From Takakia lepidozioides (Eukaryota; Plantae; Bryophyta): 64,000 nucleotides of DNA. Positions 39,010 to 51,300 of the stretch are shown here, piece by piece. Position 1 is the first letter of the stretch. Every line of letters begins with the position of its first letter. The DNA is taken from assembly GCA_030704615.1 (NCBI GenBank), contig CM060733.1, positions 4,154,001-4,218,000 of the forward strand, read 5' to 3'. A program made the translations under genes and the position numbers. The notes beneath the pieces were generated by a model that had not been told where the DNA came from, did not search any database, and saw only the letters and a list, made by a program, of their open reading frames with translations.

Positions 39010-42000
39010 CTAAGAAGTTGAACTAGGGTCCTTCTTTAGCATAGCCTTAACCTCTAACTGGCTAAGGGAAGGTTGGTGGATCTCATAAGCTCCGGCGCAT
39101 CCTAGATGCACGTTGTACATGAAGTACATGTGCTTACAAGGTAGATATATTTGTTTTTTCTTCTTGACAGATAGCTCATCAAAGTCGGGACAATCACAAG
39201 ATGGAAACTGACCAATGTATACATTGTAAACCAATCCTGCTCTGGTAGATCCTTCTGTTTGTAGCTGGTAAATTCTCCCATAACCTGGCTGAGGCACGTT
39301 TCTGAATCCACGAACCTCAGCAATAAGAGTCTCCGCTGACTCTTGGCGACTCAAGTGTCGAGGAGTCGGATCCCGACGCCGAATGCGCACCCCATAGCGT
39401 GTAGTGGGATACTTACCCACAGGAAGGACAACACCTTGATGAATATGTTGTTCCACTGGAAGTGGTCCCATAGGAAAGTTCGGATCAGGAACGTTGGGAG
39501 GATGGACTAGTCGAAAACCTGCAAGGGTCAAGTTGTCCACCTCTTCTTGTGTAAGGTTGGTTCCAACCTTCACAGGCCACACGTTAGGTATACCCGGTTT
39601 TCCCAAGCAATAGGATGGCATGGTCCCTCCAACACGACAAAACATCTGTGGGGCAAAACCAAAAAACTTGCAGTTTTGGTTCTTTCATGTTCGGTGCTAG
39701 TAACTTGCCAGTGAAGCAAGGTGCAGGACTTCCTTTACCTTTCCTGATGAGCGCTTTGCATTTATCTTTGGAAACTCCAACCAAGGCAGAACAACGAACC
39801 ATGGAAGCAGGACCTGTCCGTTGAATCCTGAACAATGCATCGGAAAAGTCTTGTGTCTCTCTCACTGGATTTCCCCATTGCATTGGCTGAGGAGGGATAG
39901 CAACATGTGGATTTGTCTCATAGAAAGTCGAAGAACCAGGAATGTCATGACTTGATTTGGAGCTGACAAACCTAGATGGCTGGTGTGGACTGGGCATCCC
40001 AGTGGCACGCACTGGAACAGTCTTTACATTCATATCACACCTCCAAGATTCGTTTGGCCCACCATGCTCATCGCCTAACTTGCGTTTGACTGGAATAGTG
40101 CGATTGTCTCCCTCCAATTGAACCCCTTGTGTGCATGGGTGTTCTAGCTACTATGCCACGTACAACCTTACCCATTTTTGCTGGGCTATTAGATCTAGCT
40201 GCTTGACGCAACATGAGCTCCTCTTTGTCGGGCCCCGTCCCCCATGTCTTTCCTGTGGTGTGCCTGTAAAATGTTGCCTGCTGCAAAAGAGCTCGTGACA
40301 TGTCATGCATGGTGGCCTCATATAGATCCACCTTCATTTTTTTCCCATTGCCTGCTGTCTTCCACCAAGCAGAATGGACTGCCTCAGACAAATTAGTGGT
40401 AGGCATATCTGCATCTGCCTCCACATCCATGTCCTCTCTCATCCATTGGCCCCACATTCGATATCTGTAGTGCCACCATGCAAGCCATGAATCCAGTTTT
40501 GGCAGACTCTTTTCTGTGCATGCTCCTGAAGAGAGCCACCAAGCTCGAATTGCAATGTATGTGGTTGTAGCATCCTCCAAGGTAGCACTATCTTTCCATT
40601 CATAACAGAGCTGAATGTGCCTTTCACGGAAGTCCTCCAAGATATAGTCGTTGGTGTGTCTTCGGAGGCTCTCAGCCCAATGATATAAACATGTTCTTTC
40701 TTTACCTTCCATTGGGACATTGGGATCAGATCCATAAACCCTTTGAATAGCAGCCCAATTCGCTCCTGCTGCATCCGCCATGAAGCCAGCAAAATTTGGT
40801 TTGTTCAAGCCAGCAAGTTTTGCTTGTTCATTGATCATCTACCAGAATAACACCTGAGCATCTGCATCCTCTGTTTTCATATCGCAAATGGCAATGGTCA
40901 TCATTCGCTTGACATATGGTTCATAGACATGTACTCAGACGCTTCAACTCCAATATGAACATGATGGAATTGACACGTGTAGATGCGACCTTGTTTTTCA
41001 CATTGGGGCTACAAACATGGGCAAACTCTTCAAGAATATCTTCCAAAGCCTCTCCCTCAAGACGTACTGTCTCTGTGCCATCAACCACAAGAACTCGATC
41101 AATCAAGAGCTTTTGGGCCATTGACAAGGAAATAGCTCCCGGGGTCGACCATGGCTTCATCTTAACGTGCTCTTGAATCATGCTTGATGCATTTTCCGCA
41201 GCCTCTCTATTCTCGCCCTTGGCACATGGATGGTTATGAAACCCAACGTGAACTGCAACACGTGTATATGTTGGAAGGGAACTTGTGACATAGTACATTC
41301 TTGCCCCACAATGCACCTCACAGAAAGGTCTTTCTTTGCAGAAACTACACTTGAACTGGTTGAATGGAACTTGGGCTTCTGCAATGAACACCTTGTCTGC
41401 ATTGCCTTCCCAATAGCGGTCATTCCGTTCTCCTTCTTTCTTGAAGAAGGGGCAAGTGCTGCTTTGACATATGAGCTTTCCAACACAAAGAACCTTACTA
41501 CATTTCACATGATCTGGAACACCAGACATATTGTAGGTATTGGTCTTGCACCAAGGATGACCATCAAACTTGCGGTCCATGCCTTGGAGGGACTGTGAAC
41601 CACGGTCCGTACGTAGTTTGACCACGGGGGGGGAGTTCATGGATCACTTTTCCATCAAAAGCTCGAGGAAGACACGAACACGATGCACTGGAATGTGACT
41701 ATAGTCCAAGGTAGAAAGCTCTCCTTTTGATCCATTCCTCCGAGCAGTGGCCAAGATACTCAAAATGGACAACACACCAGAAGGAAATGCAGATGTAACC
41801 TCCCCTGCTAGTCGTGGAGATGAAGATAAACCCCTCGCAGATTCGCAACAATCAAACGTGGTGTTGTCCAATGGAGTTTTCCGAGGCTTCATGTCGTGAA
41901 GCAAGACCATATGAGCAGATGAGGAAGGTTGAGATCCACAAAATACACTCTTAGAAACCTCAACACAATCCGAATTATGAGACCCCAAGCTCGCCGAATC

Positions 42001-42349
42001 TGCAACCTCCTCCTTCAATTTACAACTCCCATTTGTTGCAGCTTGATCGTTCTTTCTTGCAATAGAAGTGTGTCTCTCATCATGTGACTGTGTATAGCTC
42101 GTACCTGTGACACGGTACTTGGAGAAAGTGTCTGGAAACAACTCCCATTGATTTTGGCTTGAAAACTGGAAGCAACACTGTGGAAGCATCATCATCTCCA
42201 TCATCCTCCAAAAAAACTGAACCCGGAACAAGTTTGAATCTATTGCATAACCAAGGTTCTGGGATAATGCACTTGTTTCCATTGCAAGGATAACGAACCA
42301 CTTTTGCATCAGGTGGACATGAAAGCACTGCATATTTTGGTGTAGACAT
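39010..42349 (-). mobile_element. Mutator-like transposase A (GCM/WRKY-like, DDE, FWFC module, SWIM), disrupted
   Basis: 'DGHPWCKTNT...CVGKLIC...HVGFHNHP', 'FMADAAGANWAAI', CxxH 'CLYHW', 'TTNLSEAVHS' and SWIM 'CDCPDF...PCKHMY'. Contains frameshifts and an internal deletion. Confidence 0.8.
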
Positions 42350-43055
42350 TTGGCAATGCCCTCAAAGTTTGAGAGAAGATGCAAAATGAATGAAAGCGCA
42401 CATCTTGCAAGACCTTATGCAAATACATTAGATGGCTTACATTACTTATGTGTATCATCAATCCAGAAGGTCCAAATTTTTTGAGGCATGTGCTCCATCC
42501 ATATTATTCTCTGACAGAAACAACTAAATGGACTATCCCCTATTTTTAAGATGACGGTGCCGTTGTTGAGATCTTAGAATCCAATGTATTGTCTTCTTCT
42601 TATGAGCATATGAAACATAAATGCTCTGCATGTTTCCATTTATTTTACAACCAATCATTGATTAATCGTCCAACTATGAACTGACACACTAGACGGCACA
42701 ATTTATTTACAATCAAATCCCATGACATGTATGTTGATTTGTTCTTTGATTACTCATGTATGAGTAATGAGTACAAGTATTTGTGGAGACAATTGACTCT
42801 AAAACCAATAAATTGATTAAGACACCCATAACAAAATATTTAGTTACTTTATCACTTACTTTATATTGTATTATGAAGGCGCCGCCACAAAGTAACATGT
42901 CAATCGTACAACCATCTTCTGAGGATCCACGTGTAACCCATATAGCCCAAAAAGCACTAACGCCAAAGTGTATAAAAAAGGTTCACATTTCAGATTTGGC
43001 CAATTTGGCCTTTTTAAGGCCTTAGCACTCGCCCCCCTTTCCCCCCGCCCTCCTT

Positions 43056-43123
43056 GGCGGGGGCAGGTTTGAACCCGCAACCTTGTGGAAAATACACCAC
43101 AACCTTACCAACAAGCCATGCTC
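43056..43123 (-). other. tRNA-like Pol III promoter sequence (SINE-head-like)
   Basis: The minus strand has an A-box-like TGGCTTGTTGGT and a B-box-like GGTTCAAACC at tRNA spacing. No good cloverleaf. Confidence 0.4.
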
Positions 43124-44108
43124 TATTCAATGAAACCAACCTCTATTTTTTTGTTAATAAACTGTTTCTATTCAGTTAAACTTGTTGCCATTACTACATG
43201 ACTAACCCGGTATCATTACTACACTAACGTAGTCTAGTAGACTTGCACATTATCCCTTGCCACTCCCCCAAACAAACACACACAAACTACACAAGCACTT
43301 AACACGTCTCTAGTCTCTACACCCTGGAGACTCCCGTTGCGAAGAGGAGACGGAGGCGCCGCATCTTGGCCTTATACTATACCACCCCGAGGCAACGAGC
43401 TGTTGCGGCGATGGGGAGGAAGAAAGACACTCGAGGGGGAGGCGTTGATGGTGGTGGTGGTGGTAGAGGCAAGCTGCGGACGGAGAAGATAAGCAACGAC
43501 GCAATGGCGTGAGCGTTGCGCGTGAGCGCGCAAGCGTATGCTCACGCCAGCTCACGTGGCGTAAGCCTGCACACACGCTGACGTGGCGTGAGCGTCATGT
43601 TAGCATGCTGATGTGGCGGTAAATGATGACATGGCACTGTCCGTCATCTGCCACGTCAGCATTAACATGCGCCGTCTATAACCGTGAATGGTCCTATGAC
43701 CGTGGAATTAATGCAGGGAATCTTGCCGAAATAGAATCAAGACGAGCGTTGAGGCCTACAATTGCAGCATCCAACATTGTGCAATTACAAATGCTTGTTT
43801 CACTTTTACAATTACGAGGATGACAAAATATCCTCACAAAGTGTGCGCCATTAAGGCTGCCACGGGAAGACCTTCCTCCCTCCTCAAATAACAATGAGAG
43901 TTAGGATCATCTTCAAAAGATGATTGTAGTGCATAGCGACAGCAAGACATGTAGACTTCGAACGATGCAATGACAAATGTGCACTACCTAAAAGTTGTCA
44001 CTCAGAGCTCACTCCGTATAGTTGGAGGCCATATCATTGCACAGCCGACGAATGTGAATTACACATTTCAAATCATGGTCATCCACATACCACATTACAT
44101 AGTTCATG

Positions 44109-47100
44109 CTACCCATGTGTTGTATCCCGCTGCAAAAGAGTATCGACCTCGTTGAAACTCATAGTGGCCTGGTGAATGAAGTTGTCACGTTTGGGATCGC
44201 AAACCATCCTCCTCAAAAATATGAAATACAAATGTTTGCAGGGTATGAATTTACCTCTCTTGCCCAAACTGGTTGATAGCATATTCACAAAATCAGGACA
44301 TGTGCAATTGGGGAAATTGGAAACCGTGATGTCGTAGGTCCTGTCATGAACACAGATGTGGAAGTGATGATTGTGAATACCCGACCATATCCTGGATCGG
44401 GTACTTCCGTGGTGCTTCCAACACGAGCTTGGAGCATTCTTGCGGACTCCACTTTGCCAAAGTGTTCAGCGGTTGGAGGGAAACGCCGAACGAGCTTTCC
44501 ATCTCGTTTGGTTGGCCACAAGTCAGGATTTGCCGGGGGACCCGGGAGGACGCAGAAGTAGTAGCACATGCATGGAGTTGGGGTTGTCTCGCAAGGGAAA
44601 AACCTGCCTCCTCCAACATTTCAATCTCCTGAAAGCTGAGATGTGTTCCCACCTTCACGGGCCAAACGGTTGGAGGAGATGGCTTCATCACTACGGAAGG
44701 ACGCACAGTTCCATGCACACATCTGGCACAATCATCTGCGCAGAACCAGAACTTGTGGTTCTTGGCTTCTGGTTGACCGTATGGACGCATCAAGCCCGTG
44801 AAAGTCGGAGCAGGAGTTCGGGCACCACCTCTGGATATAGATGAAGTGCACTTCTCGAAATTAGTTGCCCTGATCGCTGTACATTTCACACGAGACCCTA
44901 CACTTGTGCGTTCTATGTGCCAAACGTGGTCGGGGCATGCGGACTCAAGCACATCAAGGGGGTTGTTTCTCTCCTGCACCATTTCAGTGGCACTGTTTGA
45001 TGCTGGAGCTTGCCGTCGTGTTGGAGGTTCCTCCACAATGGAGGTTCCGGACATGGAGCTGTCATGCAGGGAAACACGAGGCTTCGAGAAGTTATCACGG
45101 TCTGCCCTGTGGGAATCTGAATCCGAACCGGTGGAGTGTTCAATTTCCTCTTACAGGAGCCGAATCTCTCCTCCCCTTCAAGATGTGGAACTCTAGAAAC
45201 AAGTGGCGTTCCCTGGGCATACATGCTCCCGCCGTGCTATCTTGATTGGATCCCCCAGATCTGTTTGCAGCACGCAACATCAACTCCCATTTGTCCGGAC
45301 CCTTGCCCCCAACCCCACCTCGTAAGAAATCACGGTATCGGGTTTTGTTGCAAGGCACGTATCAAATCATCTGTTGTTGCCACATACAAATCCCGACCTC
45401 GTTTCCCAGACTGCTGCAACCATGCGTTGTGCACAGTTTCTGCCAAATTGCAAGATGGCATGTCCGCCATTTCCTCAATGGACATGTTCTGCAAAGTGGA
45501 TAACCACACTTCAGAACAGTGCACAGAAAACAACATAAAGAAAGCAATGAGTCAAAAAATGGAAAGCAAATGTATGAATAAAGCAGAATAGAAGCCTCGT
45601 ACCATTGTCATGGCTGCTCCCCCACTGTCTATAACCGGAAGTGCCAAAACGCCAGCCAATCTTCCAATGCTCTCATACTCTCAAGTGATGCAGCTCCAGA
45701 AGAGAACCACCAGGCACGAATTGTCTGGAACAAAGTGTCCGCCCCTTCATTGTTCTAGCATCTTTGTACTCTTTGCACAATTTACGGTGCTGAGTCTGCA
45801 TCTCTGGTTTGATGTCCGACTTTGTATGTTTTTCCAGAGATTGTGTCCAATGGAATAGACATGTACGCTCTCTTCCTGGCATAGGCACTTTGGGTCGCCC
45901 GATCCGAAGACAATACGAACAGCATTGAAATTTGCTTGAGCACTATCCGCCATGAAACTGCGAAATTTGGAGATGGCAGCCCATGGCAGCCATGACACGT
46001 ATCAGGGAATTCCATGAGCTTCTGGGATTCCGTATCCTCGGATTGCATGTCACAAACTGCAATTGTCATAACTCGTTGGTACACTGGATCGTAGACATGA
46101 CAAGCCATTGTCGTCCAATCCTTCACTCGTTTCACATGATCAAACATAAGAAAACAGTTTGCAAGTCCCCAGTCTTCTGCATCCGCTTCACGAGGCTAAC
46201 CCCACTGCCCTCCCCAACAGTCGACATTTTGAAAAGAAAAACTTTGATGGCACCTTGACCTGGGAATACATTGTCCTGGATGTAATCGTACTTGCTCACT
46301 CGTTTCAATTCCAAAATATTGTCTATGTAGCCTCTGATCCCAGAGCCCATTCTCAATGCATTGATCTGATGCCGAATGTTAGGTGAACTTAAAGTGGAGA
46401 AATGATCCATGACCAGGTCCAATGCTGCACCGTCAAGTTTAGTCCCCACAGAATCCCCTTCACTCAAAATATGGCTTTCCAAGAAGGACTTGCTTGCGCC
46501 AAGAGCAATTGCAGATGTGTGTTGCGGATGGGTTTTCCCGAACTCCTGTTTGATCAACCTCGATACTGTCTCAACACTCTCCCTGTAATCCCCCTTCGAG
46601 ACAGGATGGTTATGGAATCCAAATGCACACAAGCTCTCGTCATTGTTTTCAAACGGTGGACAACATAGTACATTCTTGCTCCGCAGAGCGCCAAGCAGGA
46701 TGGCACAAGTTTGCAGAATTTGCAGACGAAAGTGTTTGCCGGGAGGGGCAGTCCCAGGCTGAAATGGATTTTCCGCCAGACCCTCCCATTCGCTTTGATT
46801 ATGAACCCCAGACTGAAGAAAGTGTCTGCAATTCAAATTATCACACCTAAGGTGTCCATTGCAAACTGTCCTCCTGAAAACAAGCTTGTCATCATTCTGA
46901 ATATTGGATGTTTTTGTTCTGCACCACGGGTGCCCGTCGTGTTTCTTGTCCATTCCATGCATCATGATTGTTACACCCTCCAACTCGCGGAGGAGGAGGC
47001 AGCTCGAATAGGATATCGCCATCAAAAGTCTCCGGCAAGAACTTCACAGGCACCTGCTTCAAAGATTCCCAATCAATTCCCCGCAACTCACTTTTGAAAT

Positions 47101-47565
47101 CCAGCCATTCCTCCCATCGCCCGCAATTTTGGAATGACACTACAAATCTCTTCTTCATCAGCTTCTCCAACCACAGTAGGAAGGACTGGATTTGGAATTT
47201 CACTTATGTCATCATCGGAAGAATCCGAAAGCTCAACGATTGGAGTGGAGGACGTCTGTTCTTTTTTCACCACCACCTCCCTCTTGTCTTCAACGACCGA
47301 AGCAGCAGTCCCGGGCGTCACATATGACCCAAGGGACTTTCGCCGAGGCTCTCCAAGTACTCTGTATCGACCAGGACGCACTCTCCACTGGCTGATTCCC
47401 TTTAAGATCGTACACCTCTTTCTCTAAAAAGATGGAGCCATTCTGCAGCTGAAAACGGGTAGCCAAGACATGTTCCAGAACAATTGCAAATCCATTGTCA
47501 AGGACTTCCTGGGAGAACGGCACTGGTTTGTCGTCAGAGAAGAACTCCGCTTCAGAGGAAGCCAT
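44109..47565 (-). mobile_element. Mutator-like transposase B, all DDE motifs present but frameshifted; one intron at ~45602-45514
   Basis: 'HDGHPWCRTKTSN', 'GFHNHP', first D 'MFDHVKR', second D 'FMADSAQANFNAV', 'CLFHW', E 'CNLAETVHNAW', 'FWFCADDCARC' and SWIM 'CTCPDF...PCKHLY'. Confidence 0.82.
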
Positions 47566-48352
47566 CTTCCTTCCTCGCGTACGTTTGTACCTTGCTATCG
47601 CAGATCTAGTGTAAATCGGTTTACTGATGTCTCCAGAACACAGTTGAAGAATGAGCAGAGAATATGGCGGAGGAAGCTCAGATAACGACTGTGCATATTA
47701 TGTTATTCTTTCCAGATATGCAGCCGTCCATTTTAATTACTTTTCTTGTGTGCCCAGTGGTCAGAGTATCCCTAGGAGCAGTGTCGGCAGCTGTTAAACC
47801 GTTAATCAGAACCTCATCAATAAACCCAAAAACAAAGCCGACTTCCTGGAAGCATGCCACAGGATCTGAGGATGGGATTGCAGATTAAGTAAATGTATCT
47901 TTATACTACTACCAATGATCATGCGCACCTGGAAAGTTCCAAATGTGAAACGAATGGGGGTTTGGCTAACAAGGATGACCGTGTATGATATTCCAAAATT
48001 GTCATCAAACTCTCGTTCATTTACATTATATTGTTTAAGACTGTGCGCCAAGATTTCTGGGATTCGCTGTTATTTTAAATATTGAAACCGTTCTAATAAA
48101 GAACACGCCGTTTTTTTTGGGCGACACACGTCAGACATCCATAACTGAATACGAACAGCACTGTACACCAATTATGGCATGTGCACTAATAAGGGAACGA
48201 CTATTGTAACGGTCACTCGAGAGGGAATCCGATGCTTCTAGAGACACGCAAGAGCGCAGGCCATCCCGCAAGAAAAATCGGGAGTCACTGTCGTTTTTCT
48301 ATTTTCGCGCTTAGAGGGAGAGGGTAGTCAATCTGGAGAGGGTTCCTTCTAC

Positions 48353-51300
48353 ATGACAACGAAAGAGAAGAAGTCTCTTTATTTTACTTCCTTTGAGAGA
48401 GACGCAGAGCAAGAGAGCAAATGACGATGCGTGTTTGTTGCAGAACACAGGGCCAAGGCAGCAGGTGACGCGGAGACTGATTCAGAAGAGCAGACGGAGA
48501 CTGAGGCAGCGGCTGTGACACGATCGGCGAATAAGAGTGCGCAAGCTGTGGAGGCAGAGATGATTCGCAGGGACACTGAAGGAGGTGGAAGCACGCGGAA
48601 CGCCGAACCGGAGAAGGTCCAGAACACCATAGAGCAGACAGAGAAATTCCAGCAGATGTGAGAGGAAGAGGAAAGCTGCAGAAGGGATCAAATTTCAAAA
48701 CCTAAGAAGGCGCCAGTAAGTTTTATCTAACTTACATTTCATGTTGAAGATATGCGTAGAGATTGAGTGGAATGGCCCAGACAGGGATTGTCGCTACCGC
48801 CCTGCAGAAGGTGATTTGATTTCTTACTCTCCTCTGCGAAGGGTTTACCGCACAATGAGTGGGTGACTATCGATACAGTCATTCACTGTTGTTCAGATCA
48901 TACAGTCTGTTGATTGCCTTTCAAGGAGTCCTTCCTCTTCCCTTCTTAGCAGGACTACTGAATTGCGAGCGTCGTTAACGCCATCGATTCTCCTCATGAG
49001 ATTATGTACCTATGTGTTTGAAGAGAGAGTGAGGGTCGGCCATACCGTCAATCATCGTTGTTCAGACCATACAGTCTGTCTGATTGCCTTTCAACAGTCT
49101 TCCTTTCCCATGCTGGCGACGGTAATCACAGTGGAGTCAATCTGAATAATCTGCACTACTGTCCGTCCTAAACTATGTCGTTGCCGCCAATCACTTGCAC
49201 ATAGAATGTCATTACACAACACCGATCCGGCAGGTCGTTATCTTTTGTGATTGTCGTTAACGCGTTCGCTATCGCTCTCGCTTTTGTTTTGAATACGGCA
49301 GTATCAGGTTTGCTTGTGTAGATTGTGCTGAATTGTTTTCACACCATTCATAGTGAGTTTCTTTGAGACAGAGTGATGGTCGTTACCGCCATTCACTATT
49401 TGCAAATACTCATCAGAACTGAATGGCATCGTGCAGAAAATGTGAGGTCGAAGCCTACAGGATCAGAGGGGAAAGGATCTGGAGATGGGGACGAGTCCGC
49501 AAAAAGCTCAGAGAATACAGATGAAGCAGATGAATCTGAAGTGCACTACCTTGAAAGGTGAAAGAACTCATGTCATTCCAGAAGGTAAACTCTCAGGAGG
49601 TTATAAGGGACATGCTCGTATCTGGAGGGCGTCTGGTCATCCCTCTGTGCGGATGATATCAATGCCTGTTGTGCGTCCACCTCTTTCCCATGACATAACA
49701 AAATTGGAGAGTGATTTTGGCATGGATATAGACTTGGTGCACAAGTTTTTATGTGTCACTGACGGATATAAATGGAAAAGCACATAGTGTCTCCAGAGAT
49801 CAGTGATAACGGGATGAGTGCTGGAAAGATGCCAATGAGGAGTTCGAGCTGGGCCTCATGATGGAAAGGAACACCCAGCAATTCTGCAACCACATGTTCT
49901 ACGTCTGGGACGGCAACCACCGATTGCTGGCATGGATGGGATACATTCAGAAACACCATGCGAAAGACAAAGACAAGCATGTTGTTGTGGAGGCAATGGT
50001 TTTGGATCCTGGGAAACGACATCGCTAGGCTTTTACAGCTATGCACGACTGAACAAGTAAGTCATCCAGGAGATTTCATTCCTCTGTAGTGTCTTATTAA
50101 TCCTCAAAAAACAGTGTTAAGGAATGCAATGTTTCCAACGTTTTTGCAGATCGACAGAGAAATCGCATGTGACAACAGCTTGGTTCACACACTATTCCGA
50201 ATTCAGAGGATTGGTCTGATGAAGCTGGATGATTTTCGGACAGTACTACCACCCAATATCATAAAGAAGTGCGAAACAGGAAGAGCTGCAGGCACTTGGT
50301 ATTCTTTGAACGAGAGGCGTTTCTAGAGTACATGTATGCGGTAAGCCAGAGTCTGTACTCAGTTTACTTTTGAATACATGTTTGTAGTCCCTTCGGAGCT
50401 AATCACTACTTGAATCAATGCAGCAAGAAATGCAGAGGCAGTGAGAAGGGAAAATCCGAATATTACCGCACTACACCAGAGGAACTAAGGACATCAACAA
50501 GGGTGTGGAAGCTGCAATAAAGGAATCAGTGATGTGGGTTGATAATGGCTCACAAGGCACATTTTGGAGTAGGTGGTGTATTCAAACATGTCGTTGTCTT
50601 CTCTCAAGTATGTGATGAGTATCTTATTTGCAATTCTGACAATATACTATTGCAGCTCGAAAAGCGCGCCGTCATGCTGGATCAGACTTGAAGGACCTGA
50701 ACATTTCGAGTTTCCCTCCCCAAATGTCATTGGAGGCATACATAAGGAAGTGGAGAGGTCTCACCTGGAGAACTGTTTTCCGGGAGTTCTCTAAAGATGG
50801 TAACATTTACGGTCCAACGACTTTGACAGTCAGGTTGGAGGAGAGTGGGCCATGATGCGAGTTGTGTACAGGTGCAATGTCATACTTGAAACTCTAACTG
50901 TTTTTTTTGGGAAAAATGTGGCTTCATAAGGATTGCAATCATAGATCCAGATTGAATGTCGTTGACGACATTCACTTCTTGTCTGAGTCATTCTTCCAGC
51001 GAGTATATGAATCACCTGGTTAGGATCTAAAGGTGTAATTATAGTGTATTGAATAAAATTGATAATGTCCTTGAATGGCGTTGACGACATTCAATACGGA
51101 GTTGTTGAGAGGTCCTCAGAGTTATGTAAATTTTTGTAATGTCCATAGAGGTTATAGTGAGGGTTCCTCACTTCATTTTGCTGAATGTCAATGCAGACAT
51201 TCAGTTGTTCTGCATGGTTTTGCCTCTTGCGAGGAATCTGGAGGCTTGATAAGCTCTGTTATGAGAAATCCAAAGTGAATGTCGTTGACGACATTCACTT

